Origin: Takakia lepidozioides
Taxonomy: Eukaryota > Plantae > Bryophyta
Assembly (NCBI GenBank): GCA_030704615.1
Contig: CM060731.1
Location: forward strand, 53,816,001 to 53,880,000
Reading direction: 5' to 3'
DNA: 64,000 nt
Shown here piece after piece: positions 46,819-58,400 of this stretch. The notes under the pieces are model-generated. The model ran no database searches. It saw only the letters and a program-made list of their open reading frames with translations, and was not told the DNA's origin. The position numbers were made by a program, and so were the translations under genes. Position 1 is the stretch's first letter. Every line of letters begins with the position of its first letter.

Positions 46819-46918
46819 TTCAAGGCGTCTCTAAACAGCCATGTCAAGCTGCACATCCGGAAAGGGTTCAACCCTTTCCCGATGTGCAGCTTGATGTGGT
46901 GGTTTAGAGACGCTTGAA
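46819..46918. repeat. Near-perfect ~100-bp palindrome, with a partial extra arm copy at about 46778-46807
   Basis: TTCAAGGCGTCTCTAAAC...GGAAAGGGTT-C-AACCCTTTCC...GTTTAGAGACGCTTGAA. Confidence 0.9.
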
Positions 46919-48798
46919 AGAGTTACTTTGGGAGTCAAGTTTAGCCCATAGTTTTAAAGGAATGTTACATCATCGGTATGGGCGGAGAAGGGTGGCTTTG
47001 CAAACCAAAAGATGCTGCTGGTCCTAGCAAGTTCATGTTTCTGCCAGCAGTAAGGAGTCAGTTGCAACCTCACTTTCGACAGATGCTAGAAAGTTTTCCC
47101 CTTTGCAGTTTGCGGCCTCAAGGTTTCCCAGGACTCGTACAGTTTGGACAAGTTGCCTGAAAGATTGCATCCAACATATAATCCTAGCGTATCCGAACCA
47201 AGGATTAAGGACATACCTCACAAGAAATTGTGGCCAGGTCTGCGCCAAGCTAGAGTGTGACATTATCCGCCGACTGTATGTGTGCATTTTTTACCCTTAT
47301 AGAACTAGCAAAACTCAATGTGTTCTTACTCCCTCTGCTGTTCAGAGGAGCCTCTTTTGCATCCTATGGCTCTGAACTCTTCCCTGTCAGAGTTGTTCCT
47401 TCTTCCCCTACCACCCTCTTCTCCTGACTAAAAGAAGAGATCTTGAAGACACCAAATTAAAGTGTTGAAGCAGAGTGTAGGCTTATGACAAATCCACTGC
47501 CAAATCCTGCTCAAGAAGGGCTCAAGAGAGCTGTGGCAATTTTCCAGCATTGTTTCTGCACTGTGCTGCTGTGCAAATGATCCCCATCCACAGCTCAAGT
47601 CCATAATCACCCCCCCCCCCTTGCTGATTTCTGGGCTATTTTAAACTGAAACACCCCTCCGGAGCACTGTATCAACACCAATTCTTGAGTGCATTCACCC
47701 AATGATAAAAATCTGCAGACCGAAGTTTTGAGAAGGTATGATTGTCCTCGAAGAATTTGGAAAAAGCTCAGCAGGTTGGAGGACGCTCTCGAAGTATGAA
47801 GCACAAATTTTAAGAGAGATGGTTTCCCTTCTAGGAAGTGGCAGTATTCTCCCAAATGATACCAGTCCAACACTGTTTGTACAATTTTTGGGGTGGCCCA
47901 CCGAAATAGGTCTCGTCCTTTAAGGGTTAAGGACGCGCTGCAAGAAACGTTACATGATGCATCCAAAGGTGGTGACATGTACATGACTAACTCCATGTAA
48001 CTTCAAGTCTGTGATTGAACTCTCTTAGTCAGCTCTGAGATTGAAACTTACCTTGCCGAAACCTCTGAATCAGCTGTCATTCAACTCTCTGTGAAGAACC
48101 TTAGAGGAACTTTGTCAATCAACTGAGAGTGGATTTCAGTGGTGAAGAAACGTGGAACTCTCAACCAGCTTTGCCAAATCATTTGCACTGAACTTGTAAA
48201 ACATTGTCGATGTCACCAAAAATTCTGTGATGTATTGCATTTGCAGTGTGGACCCTCCTGTACGATATAAGAAGTATGATGCACTGTGAGGATTGAACGC
48301 CTGTTTCAAGATCTTCTCTCAGGCACATGTTTCTGTTAACAAAGAGAGTGCTTGGATTCAGCTTAAAACTAACAAAAGTGTTCCTCTATTGCACCTTGGA
48401 AGGCTGACGTTCTTTCTGCACCAATTCTTTCTTTCTTTCTGCAAATGCACCTGAAAAAGTTTTCTCAAAACAGAATAGAGCGTAATATTTGCCGACATTG
48501 TCAATGAGATATAGAAACATACAGTTGGTATGTAGTACAATGAACTTCCACTCTCTTTGAATCTCAATATGAGCTGCACTCTTGTCATGCTCTCTCTTTT
48601 ACCATCGCTCCTACCTCCAACCATGGTGAGGGTCCCTCGTAGAACTGAAAGACAAAACCTAGCGGCACCAAATCACCCCAAGGTGGGGAAGGGCCAAGCC
48701 CGTCTAACTACCGTATCCGCCTGTACAGTACTTTCAGCTCAAGCAATTAACAAACCTTCTTTGATTGCTACTTGCCACAATTAGGAAGCTCGACTACT

Positions 48799-51773
48799 CT
48801 AGAGAGACCGTAGAAGAGGATAGTCGCGAAGGAGCTCCCGTTCACTCAGTGTATCATTCTCATGTTGAGGAGTCCAAAGCACCTCCACAGCCTGCCACCA
48901 CCCAAAACAAGCCTCAGTTGATACCTTGCCTGCAAACTTTCACACATTTCTCCATACCTCTCACCCAATTAGACAATGCAAAGCATGATCTCATGACTCA
49001 TGATATCTCGATGTGAGTCTGAGAAATCACTACCTCTGAATATTCTACTTAAGTATTGTCTGTTGTCAAGGCTTGCCAAACGACACTCCGTTTCCTCTGA
49101 AATATATTTCAGCACAATAGTGGAAAAGAATGGACAGACCTGCATGGAGTCCACTGGTATGGAAGCCAACTTCTTAAGACCCTCCTTCAAATCTGCATTG
49201 CTGTTGATTAATGGCAACTCGTACCCTCCTTCAGCAGCCACCAGAATCGTCACCTGTTAAAAGAAACTACTATCATTCCAAGTCCCTTATCTACAACATA
49301 GGCATATTGAAACACTCATATTACTTGTATACAGGCTAACATCAGATAACCGAGAGTAAATGATATAAGAAATAGCTGCAGCACTACCACCAGAGTTCCC
49401 GTGAAACTCCTGCAAATGACGGGAAAGAGGAAGAAAGAGACCGATTTGACAACCCCTTAGGACAAGCACCTTCCATCAATCTGGTAAAGATAGACATATC
49501 TAGTGAGCCAAATGTCTTAAACACATAGTGATTGGACACTTACAACAATGTACTCGTTGTTGAAACGATTGGCCTTGGGTGCTGTCATCATGCGCTTGCG
49601 CAAGTTGTTCACATTTATTAATGTTTCCTCGTCAAACTTCCCCCTTTCTTCCAAAGAAAGCTGGTTAAATCGTTCCTCGCCATTATTGATAGAACGCTTC
49701 ATGTCGGACTGGCAGACACATGAACAACAACACAAATATATTTACTAGTAGTATCCTACAACTTTCCCTCACACCAAATAACACTTCATACGCTTATGTC
49801 AAAGCCTAGGAGAGCAACCAGCTTAATGTTTTGGACTTTGTGGCAAGACTGACAATCCATTGTTTAGACTCGGACATATTTTGGTAGCAGAGAAGTAGGC
49901 CACCAGAAAATGCCAAAACATCGTGGACAATCCCCTATCATGTAAAGTATGCCCTCTACTGTTCTAAAAGCATTCCCCAAAAAGGTCACACCAGCAAGAA
50001 TCACCAATTGGTGTGCAGTAGCAGTGGGGATCAACCTAACAAACAGGTACAGGAAAATATGCTGTAAGATTATCCTAGCCAGATTGTTTCCAATCATACC
50101 AAAAACAACCCAACAATCCACTCAGAGCAGAAGAAATAGTGGAAGATGGACCACCTAGCCACTGCATGCAATGGGCATCTAGAATCAACCCTCCGCAGTC
50201 CTTTACTCCTACACACAGTCCTTGACTAAAGCCAGGATAGGTAAACATACCGACGATACTCCTGAAATGCAGAAATCCGGATGCCGCATCAAGGCTAAAC
50301 ATGTCTCTGCATTCATCCACCATACGTGTTAGTCACACCTAGTCTCTAGAAAAGTGATGGTTCGGTTAAGGGGTAAGAACCTGGTGAGAGTCTAGTACCA
50401 AACTGGAAAGGCTGGATTCTGTCACAACTTCAGAGTGAAAAGCTTGGCCCAAGTAAGTACCTCAACATCAATCAGTTCACCGAGAAAGAACACACCTGTG
50501 AGGACATAATGAAGGCCTTCTGCTGTCGTTGTATCTGCTTGCTCTGCAATCTGTTCTAAATCCCGTTGGAGTGTGCGAGCCATGCCCAACAACCCCACCT
50601 TTTGTCCCAAACCAAGAACCAGTCAGCATCCTCACGCCAAACTTCCAACTACCTTTACATTTCTTGCTACAGAAAATCAGATTGTTGAAGCAATTGATTG
50701 AGGTTCATTCAAAATCTTGTGCACAATCAGCCAAACAGCTGGTCAAGAGAGAGAGAGACACAGATGACTACAAACATGTATGTCTCAAGTATCCTTAAGC
50801 AAAATGTGTAAGTGTACATGTTGGCTTAGACATGACCAAAAGACTCGCTGGGTAGGAGTACTGCCACCTCTGCAGATTGAAAGGACCCAGCAGTGAGGTG
50901 AAAAAGGTATTAGACCAGAAAATGTCACCAAGCAATGAAACAGGGAAATCACAGTACCTGTAATTTCATCACACTGCACTTCCGAGTGCTTGATAGAACT
51001 GAGCCATCCTCGTATCGTTCAGATACAAAACCAGAGACAGCTTGTAAAACGATAAATCCCAGTATGATGAGGAAAAAAACGCTGCTGCCGCCTCCCAACC
51101 CGACCCCATAGGCAGGGCCGACATATAGCCCGCCGCCCAAACCACCTCCAAAGAAAGGAGATGGAGTTGCATAAGGTACGGAGTACGAAAACCCTGGACT
51201 AGGGGCAGAATACGACCGTGGCATTGAGTAGCCCGACGAAGGCGCAGAATATGATTTCGAGGAGGAAAATGAGCCACCACCACCAACTCGTCCCCCAACT
51301 CTGCCTCCACCAGCAGCAATTGCCATCTCTGGATTATGCGTCAACAACAAGCTCAGCAATAGAGCTACCATTGCGGGCTTCGGCACCAATTTTACAAACT
51401 CTGTAATGGCACGTAATACCGCTTTCGAGAGCTTTGGCCAAATCCCATCCCCTTGGCCAGACTCGGCAGTAGGGGTCCCCGCAGTTCTCTCTCTCTTTGC
51501 CACCAGAAATTTCGTCCTCTTTCCATCGCTGCTGGCTCTCAAGGAAGCTGTCCGCTGATGGCACCTCCTAAGCACTTGGTCGCAGCTGGATAACAAAGCA
51601 AACGACAAGGACGAACCAAAAAATTGGCTACGGCTCCCGCCTACTGTAGGCACCGCAAGTGGATTCCAGATGGGTTTACGAGCAGCTTGCCCAGATGCAA
51701 GCCTGCCAGCTAGAGGACGCAGGCTAACTAATGGCTGGCCACAGACCAGCGCCCCAACGGCCATACCCGGCAT
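48799..51773 (-). CDS. FLAP1: FLUCTUATING-LIGHT-ACCLIMATION PROTEIN 1 (DUF1517), chloroplastic, 6 coding exons
   Basis: Exons 51773-50958, 50598-50496, 50306-50251, 49708-49544, 49253-49140, 48891-48799. Motifs GGRVGGGGSF, KLQVGLLG, LALMRHPD, FNQLSLEERGKFDEETL.NVN, EYIVVTILVAAEG, AVEVLWTPQ.ENDTLSERELL.DYPLL. Start codon uncertain (51773 or 51764). Confidence 0.92.
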
Positions 51774-52476
51774 CCACCACAATTAACGGATTGCAAGCCT
51801 CCCTGCGCCAAATTACTCCAGGCCAATCACAATACCAATTCTTAGTTCCCACGGAAGAGGCCCACTTCAACTACCTGCAATTCAGCTGAGACGGCCTGGT
51901 TCTCTCTCCCTATCTCTCTCCTTGCCTCACCAGCACAAAACAAACCAGCTACTACAGCCACAGAGGTGGGCTGGCTGCAACAATTTGAATCTTAGGACAA
52001 GCCCAACCTTCTTGAAGAGTGCAGGAGAGTGCGAAGCTCACTGGGGCTGTCTAGGCTGTGCTGGGCAGCACCATCTCCTTCCCCTCCGCCTCCCACGCCC
52101 CATTTCCTCGCCACGCTCGCTGCCACCGCTTCTCGCGCACCTTCTGGGAAGGCTTGCACGCGGCCACCCAAGATTTGACCCTTCCCCCTTTCATCCATAT
52201 TTCATCCATAGACCGTAGCCGTTGTGGCGGGAATGAACTAACGACCTCGTTGACGACGCACGTAGTATCCTCCCTCGATATGAATTTCTGGTCTCTGCGA
52301 AGTCACGCGGCACCCGGATCCACAGCGTTCTTCAGGTGAACTGTTTCCTTTCTCCATCAGCGAAGGAGCACTCTATGTAAAGAAGTGAATGCGTTCAGAA
52401 TTTATTAGGAAGAAAGCCTTCCAGGTTCTGTGAGAGGGCAGAAAAGCTCCTCAAGTGCCCTTGTAAAAAGCTGATA

Positions 52477-55400
52477 ATGCTGCAATGGATGGGAGGATCG
52501 AGGCGAAAGATCAAAGAAGTAGGTGGCTAATTCGTGATGTGTTCTCGTCATTTGACTCAATTACCTTGCTTTCTTGTTCTGTCTAACCTCTTTATCTCAG
52601 CTCTTTCGTTGTCCTAGTGTTTCTCATGCCTTATTAGTTTGAGCCTGGGCCTGGTCTTTACCGAATCTTGTGTGCGATATTTGGCATGTGATGGCGGACA
52701 TGAAGACAAAAAAGTCTATATTGAGCAGGTAAGTGGTCCCTCTTCTCGACTCATTCATATTGAGCACCTAAGATGTGATTTTAAGCAGAGATAGAAAGGA
52801 TGATTTGGAAATCATCTCATGCTGAGCATGCATGCAGTTGAAGACATAACAACTCGACGAAAAGGCAGTAGGGGACATTAAAAGTGACTGTCGTCCATCA
52901 ACTTGAATCTGCTCTTCGTCTCTCTCAGGCAAAAGCAGTTTTTTCAACAGCGAAAGGAGCAGCAAAGAATTCAGGCTGCAGAAGAGCAGTTAGCAGGGAA
53001 GTCTGGAGAGTCCCTGCAGCAAAATCTACTCCCGCGTTCAAGGGACATTACTGGCCTACTGAGTTTATCGGCCATCCTTCCTGGAGGTAAAGTATTACTA
53101 TGCAGGACAATCCAGTGCTAGGCTCTGTGTTTCAACATCAGATTAACCGCTCTGAACCAGATGGGATAGCACGATAATGTATTGCTGGTACAGTAACATT
53201 TTTCACGGAAATGAAATGAAGGTCCTTTGAATAGAGGATTCAAAAAAATTGTGGACGGGTCTTTTTGTTGGTGAGGGGGAGGAAATAGTTCAGTTGCGAG
53301 TAGTGTTAGGCCTTAGCTTGCTCCAAACATGAAAAGAGTGTAGGGGATGGGAACCTGTGCTGGGGAATTGCAAACCTGCATCAAAACCTATTCATATCCT
53401 TAACAAAAACCTTCTGTCACAACTCCACTCCTGACTTCTAGCCTCCTTTTAACCTCCAGGTTCTAGCTGTGAAATTTGTTACAACTATGACAAATGGTAT
53501 ACCAGGTGGTACTCAGAGAAGTGAACCTCGTACAACATCTGGACTGGAGGATCGTGCTTGTCAAGCGTTACAGGAAAACATCAGATCAACTGAACAGTGG
53601 TCTGATGCACCTGGTATTGTCCAAGTGTCTGGTCCTGTGCTGAAAAGGTTCATTCAATTGAAGGCGTCATAGTCATTGTCATTGTTCCATTTTGTCCCGT
53701 AAGCTCTACGAGCTTTCCGCGAACGTTATAAAGCACCATTTCATTTCTGTTCTTGCCTCTGTCCTCTAATAGGCTTGATCATTGTCAGTCATTCTGATAC
53801 ATGCACTCTAAGAAGCTTCAATTTGCAGGTCTCCTCAAGTTAGTAAGATTCTGGTGTGTGACGGTGAAAACAGGTATAATGAAAGAGTCTCGGACAAATA
53901 ACCATCCAAGAACACCAACATGTCTCACACAAGAGTAAGACTTCACACTCAAGTGACTATGCTGTTCATTTTGTTTCCTTCAAGATACTGAGAGGATATT
54001 TTGTTTCCTACAGTGTCAATACTCAGTGGACACCTGGGTCTGCTGCTGCAGCAGCATCAGCTCCTCAGGGTGTGGAGAACATTCAATCCCCAGAAAGAGC
54101 AAAATGTGTGCTAGGAGAGAAGGCCCAGTATTTAAAAACCACAATCAAGAAAGGTCCAGCAAAGTCAGCTGATCCTCCAAGATGTAATTCGCTCAACTTG
54201 ATTTGAATCTGGTTGTTGCTTGGATTCACAGCAATTATATTTATGTGTAGGAAACGATTATGCCTTGTGAATGTTGTTGTGACAATCTGTCACCAGGCTT
54301 ATCTTATGGTTGTGCAGGGTTCAACCTCCTCGACAACTCCAGTGAGGAAAGAAATAGTATTAGCCATGGCAAGAGAAGATCACCTTCTGAGTTGTATGCT
54401 GCATTCCCTCTTGAAGGTGAGATTAATTCTATCCTCAACGAGATGGGGGCTGCTAAAATGGAATGAGTATATCAAAATTCCTGTAGGAACTTCTTGGTAG
54501 GCATTGACCACATAGTAGTTCTAAAGGCTATTCAGATCAAACTACTTTGTTCAAAGGAGGAAAGGAAACTGAAATGTGATTTAGAAAATTCAAATGTCCC
54601 CAAGATTGTTGCCCCATTCCTCGCAACCAGCTGGACAACGAAAAAGACCAGAGAGATCGCTAAAGATTGATAATGGTTGGAGAATATCACGTGGCTTTTG
54701 TTCTGGGGCTTGTCTCCAGGAATTGGAAATGTCAACAAGCATACACCAGATCAGATGTTTGCAAGGGTCATCCCTGACGTTATTCCTGACAGGTATTTAG
54801 TTTGTTCTGTGAGAGACAATTTTTCAGAGCTGCTACTCTTCCTTAGCCTAACAGCTTGCGCCGATTGTCAGCCTCACAGGTGCACACTCGAAGATGTCTG
54901 TTACTGTGGCAGAAGAAAAAGGTCCTATAGTCTCCCACACAGACCATTGTATTACTGCTTCCAGAAGCACTTCGAAACCTTTTCTTATTTGAATTGCATA
55001 GCCTGCCAGGTTTTTGTGTTCTCTTGCAGGTACAGAGTGGGTCTAATTAGATACATTGCTTTTGACAGAAAGATATCTCCACTCACCAGAAAGTTCAAAG
55101 AGCAAGGAGAACTTACAGGGAGGAAGGAGAAAGGATTGGCAGCAGGAAGTGTTTTGCAGGGGACATATGACACTCCTGCTGATCTGTTTAAGAGTGGAGA
55201 GGAGTTGCAGTTCAGTCCATCTAGTCCTATGATTAGAAACTATGTGATTTCTCGAAAGGCTCAGGTGCACCAGGAGAAGATTGATAGAGAGGTAAGAATT
55301 GCACAGGCTCTCTCACAACTTATGCAAACATAATATTTCATGCTGCTAGCTGCTTACCCTAGTAAATAGGGATTCCTTAAGAGGGGAGCTTCGTCTGAAC

Positions 55401-58400
55401 AACTAAACATCAGCTCTGAAGCTTGTTCCCATAAAATTTTCCAAAATTCATGTGTAACTACTGTCTGCGAAATATCACCATTAAGGACAATGTGTGGGTG
55501 ACAATTTGTGTGCAGGCAAGACGGTCCACCCTTTTGAACCACACCGGTATCCATGGTCGGCGACAATCATGCCTTTCGAGTGACTGGCCTGTAGGAAAGG
55601 ACAGGAAACCCTACTTGTCTCCTCCCTTTGACAATCCCAAACTTTATAACAACAACTTCGGCGTGTCTGAATGTCTGGGGCTTGCTTTCATCGATAATGG
55701 CCAACCAATGAAGGAAGAATTGCTTTTCTCACCTGTACTACATAACAGCTGGGATGCCCATGTCTCTCCTGATTTCAAATTCGACTCCAACCTATTGATT
55801 CCAAAGGAAGAGTTGGCTCCTCCTAATTTCTTCATGGATGCTACTGAGAAAGTTCGACAAAGTGCCGGAGCTGTACTACATAACAGCTGGGATGCCCATG
55901 TCTCTCCTGATTTCAAATTCGACTCCAACCTATTGATTCCAAAGGAAGACTTGGCTCCTCCTACTTTCTTCATGGATGCTACTGAGAAAGTTCGACAAAG
56001 TGCCGGAGCTGTACTACATAACAGCTGGGATGCCCATGTCTCTCCTGATTTCAAATTCGACTCCAACCTATTGATTCCAAAGGAAGAGTTCCCAAAGGAA
56101 GCCCCTCCTAATTTCTTCATGGATGCTACTGAGAAAGTTCGACAAAGTGCCGGAGCTGCAGACAGCTGGGGCGGCTGTGTATCCCCTGATTGGAAGATAC
56201 AGTCCGAACTGTTGATTCCTAAAGTCATTTTGCCTACCCCTGATGTCTTCAGGAACACCCATCACTATGTATGTCAGAAAGCTCCAGGCAGCAACCAAAA
56301 ACCCAAGAACATCAGCTTGTCTCCGGTTAAAGCTATGGATGTGCAAGTAGGTCTTGGGTTCTGCAACATCAATGAAGGAACAGGGTTTTCTCAGGAGAAT
56401 ATTGACATGCAAAGTATATCAGAGTATGAAACAGGACATTCTGTTGCAATATAGGGAACCTGGATTCTTCTGTGTCCTGTTTCCTTGCAAGGTGTCGAGT
56501 TCCAAGCAAGTGGTTGAATGCTGTCCCACTGCTCACTTTTCCTTGGGGGTGTTGCATCAGTATTCCAGTCAGCAGAATGTCCTGTTTCATACTCTGATAT
56601 ACTTTGCATGTCAATATTCTCCTGAGAAAACCCTGTTGCAGTATGGGACAGACTACTTCTGAACTGATGGTTAATTGTTGTGCAGGAGGGGTATGAGGTT
56701 GACAACCTGCAGAGAATGTTTGAGAGTCCACAACTTCCACAACCCGACTTTTTGCCCCCTCTTGATATGGCAGCTGAAGACTCAACAGTTTCCTTTAATT
56801 TCGATTCATTGCGAAGATCTGAGGGGAATCTGTGAGTTGCTTCAGCACACTCTTTAATGCAACACTTTCACAGATTGCTCAGAGAATGAGAAGAATTACT
56901 CACAATCATCAAGACCAAGCTGTCCAAAACCAGCATTATTGGTTCCCATTATACCAGCTTTTTGCTTTTCAAGCTCTACGCTGCAGTATAAGCTTAGGTG
57001 AATTCAGTCAAACAATCAGTTGAACTTAATATTTTTCCCTGAATTCTGCCTTTGGAAAAAGTGCAACTGATGGCTTCACAATCTGTATTGTTGGCCATGT
57101 TGGATAGCCAGAGGTTTTAGCCTCTTAGTCTAACCATCTTTCCCCAGTTTTAAAGCAAAGTAGAGGCTTCTCTCATCTCTATGCTATGCTGATGTGATCC
57201 TCACTATTGTTTGACTTTGCCTGCTGTTGTGGTTGGCTCTCTGTAGATACAAGGAGAATGGTCCCAACTCTCCATCAGCTTGCCACACACCTGATTTCTT
57301 CAGGAGTGTCAGGAACAACAGGCAAGGTGATAGCCTTCACAAAACTCATTTATTTTTCCTCTGTACTTCTAAACTACATGTGGGGATTGACAACGGAAAG
57401 GAAGGTGGTTGAGGTGTTTTTCAAGAATGTCCAGTCGATTGCAGTCAATTGTCGTACAGCACATTCTCCATCTACTGCTGAATGATCACAGGAAAAGGGA
57501 CTATGAAGAAACTGGAAGCCAATGAGGAAGCTCCAAACTTCTCCATGGACACACTCTTTCATGTTGGTCACTCTGGCATTCCCTCTTCGCCAACTAGGCC
57601 CCTCATGTGCAGAGGGTGGACGTTTGGCAACAGGGAATCTCCAACAAACTTAAGTAGTGGAAGGTAAATACATGGCTGGATACGAAAGGGACTTGCTCAA
57701 ATCCTAACAACAAGCTTGCCAACCCCAGTGTAGCATCCATCTCTACCTGATTCTGACTGCCACTTCTGAGTCTGTGATCATCAAGGAACAATAAGCCATG
57801 TCCTGACTTGTTTTAGTTGAGGAGGATATTAGGTATGAGCTGAAACTGAAACATAGTGATTTAGTTGATTACTTTAAATTTCAAAGTTGCCTCAGATGAA
57901 CATATTGGTCATATTGCCTGTCACGAATCACTTGGTCGTTCCATAGCTGGTATACCATCACCTAAGTGTTTCATGAGCATGTGGCAGTGCAGGCACGTTG
58001 GCTTTGATGGTGATTGCAATGCATTCCTATCTTCAAACAACAGTTCAGGTACTTCAAGAAAAAGACTGTAACTCACCAAGCAGCAGCTTGTGGCCCGGTT
58101 GAAACAACTGTAGGTGTAACAGCTGGTTCGCGATGTATGTGACATCCCACTCCTTTTCCTTAAGGTCTGTAGAATTTCCAAAATTCACCACAATGAGAGT
58201 GCATTGTTGGCAAAGTTGTCTCTGAAATCGCCACATGTTGGCAAGTCTGATACTGAGAAACATACGGAGCTTGTAAACCCTCAAGGGGTATCCCTATAAC
58301 GTGCAGAGCAAATGTTCAGAGGATTATAACTCATCATTTCTTGGAGTTTCTTTCAGGTGAGAAAAGCAGGATTGCAGATAAAAAGGGGAACCCAAAAAAT

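Noticed and set aside
47000-48350. Possible decayed gene between the hairpin and FLAP1
   Set aside because: Only short ORFs without identifiable motifs.
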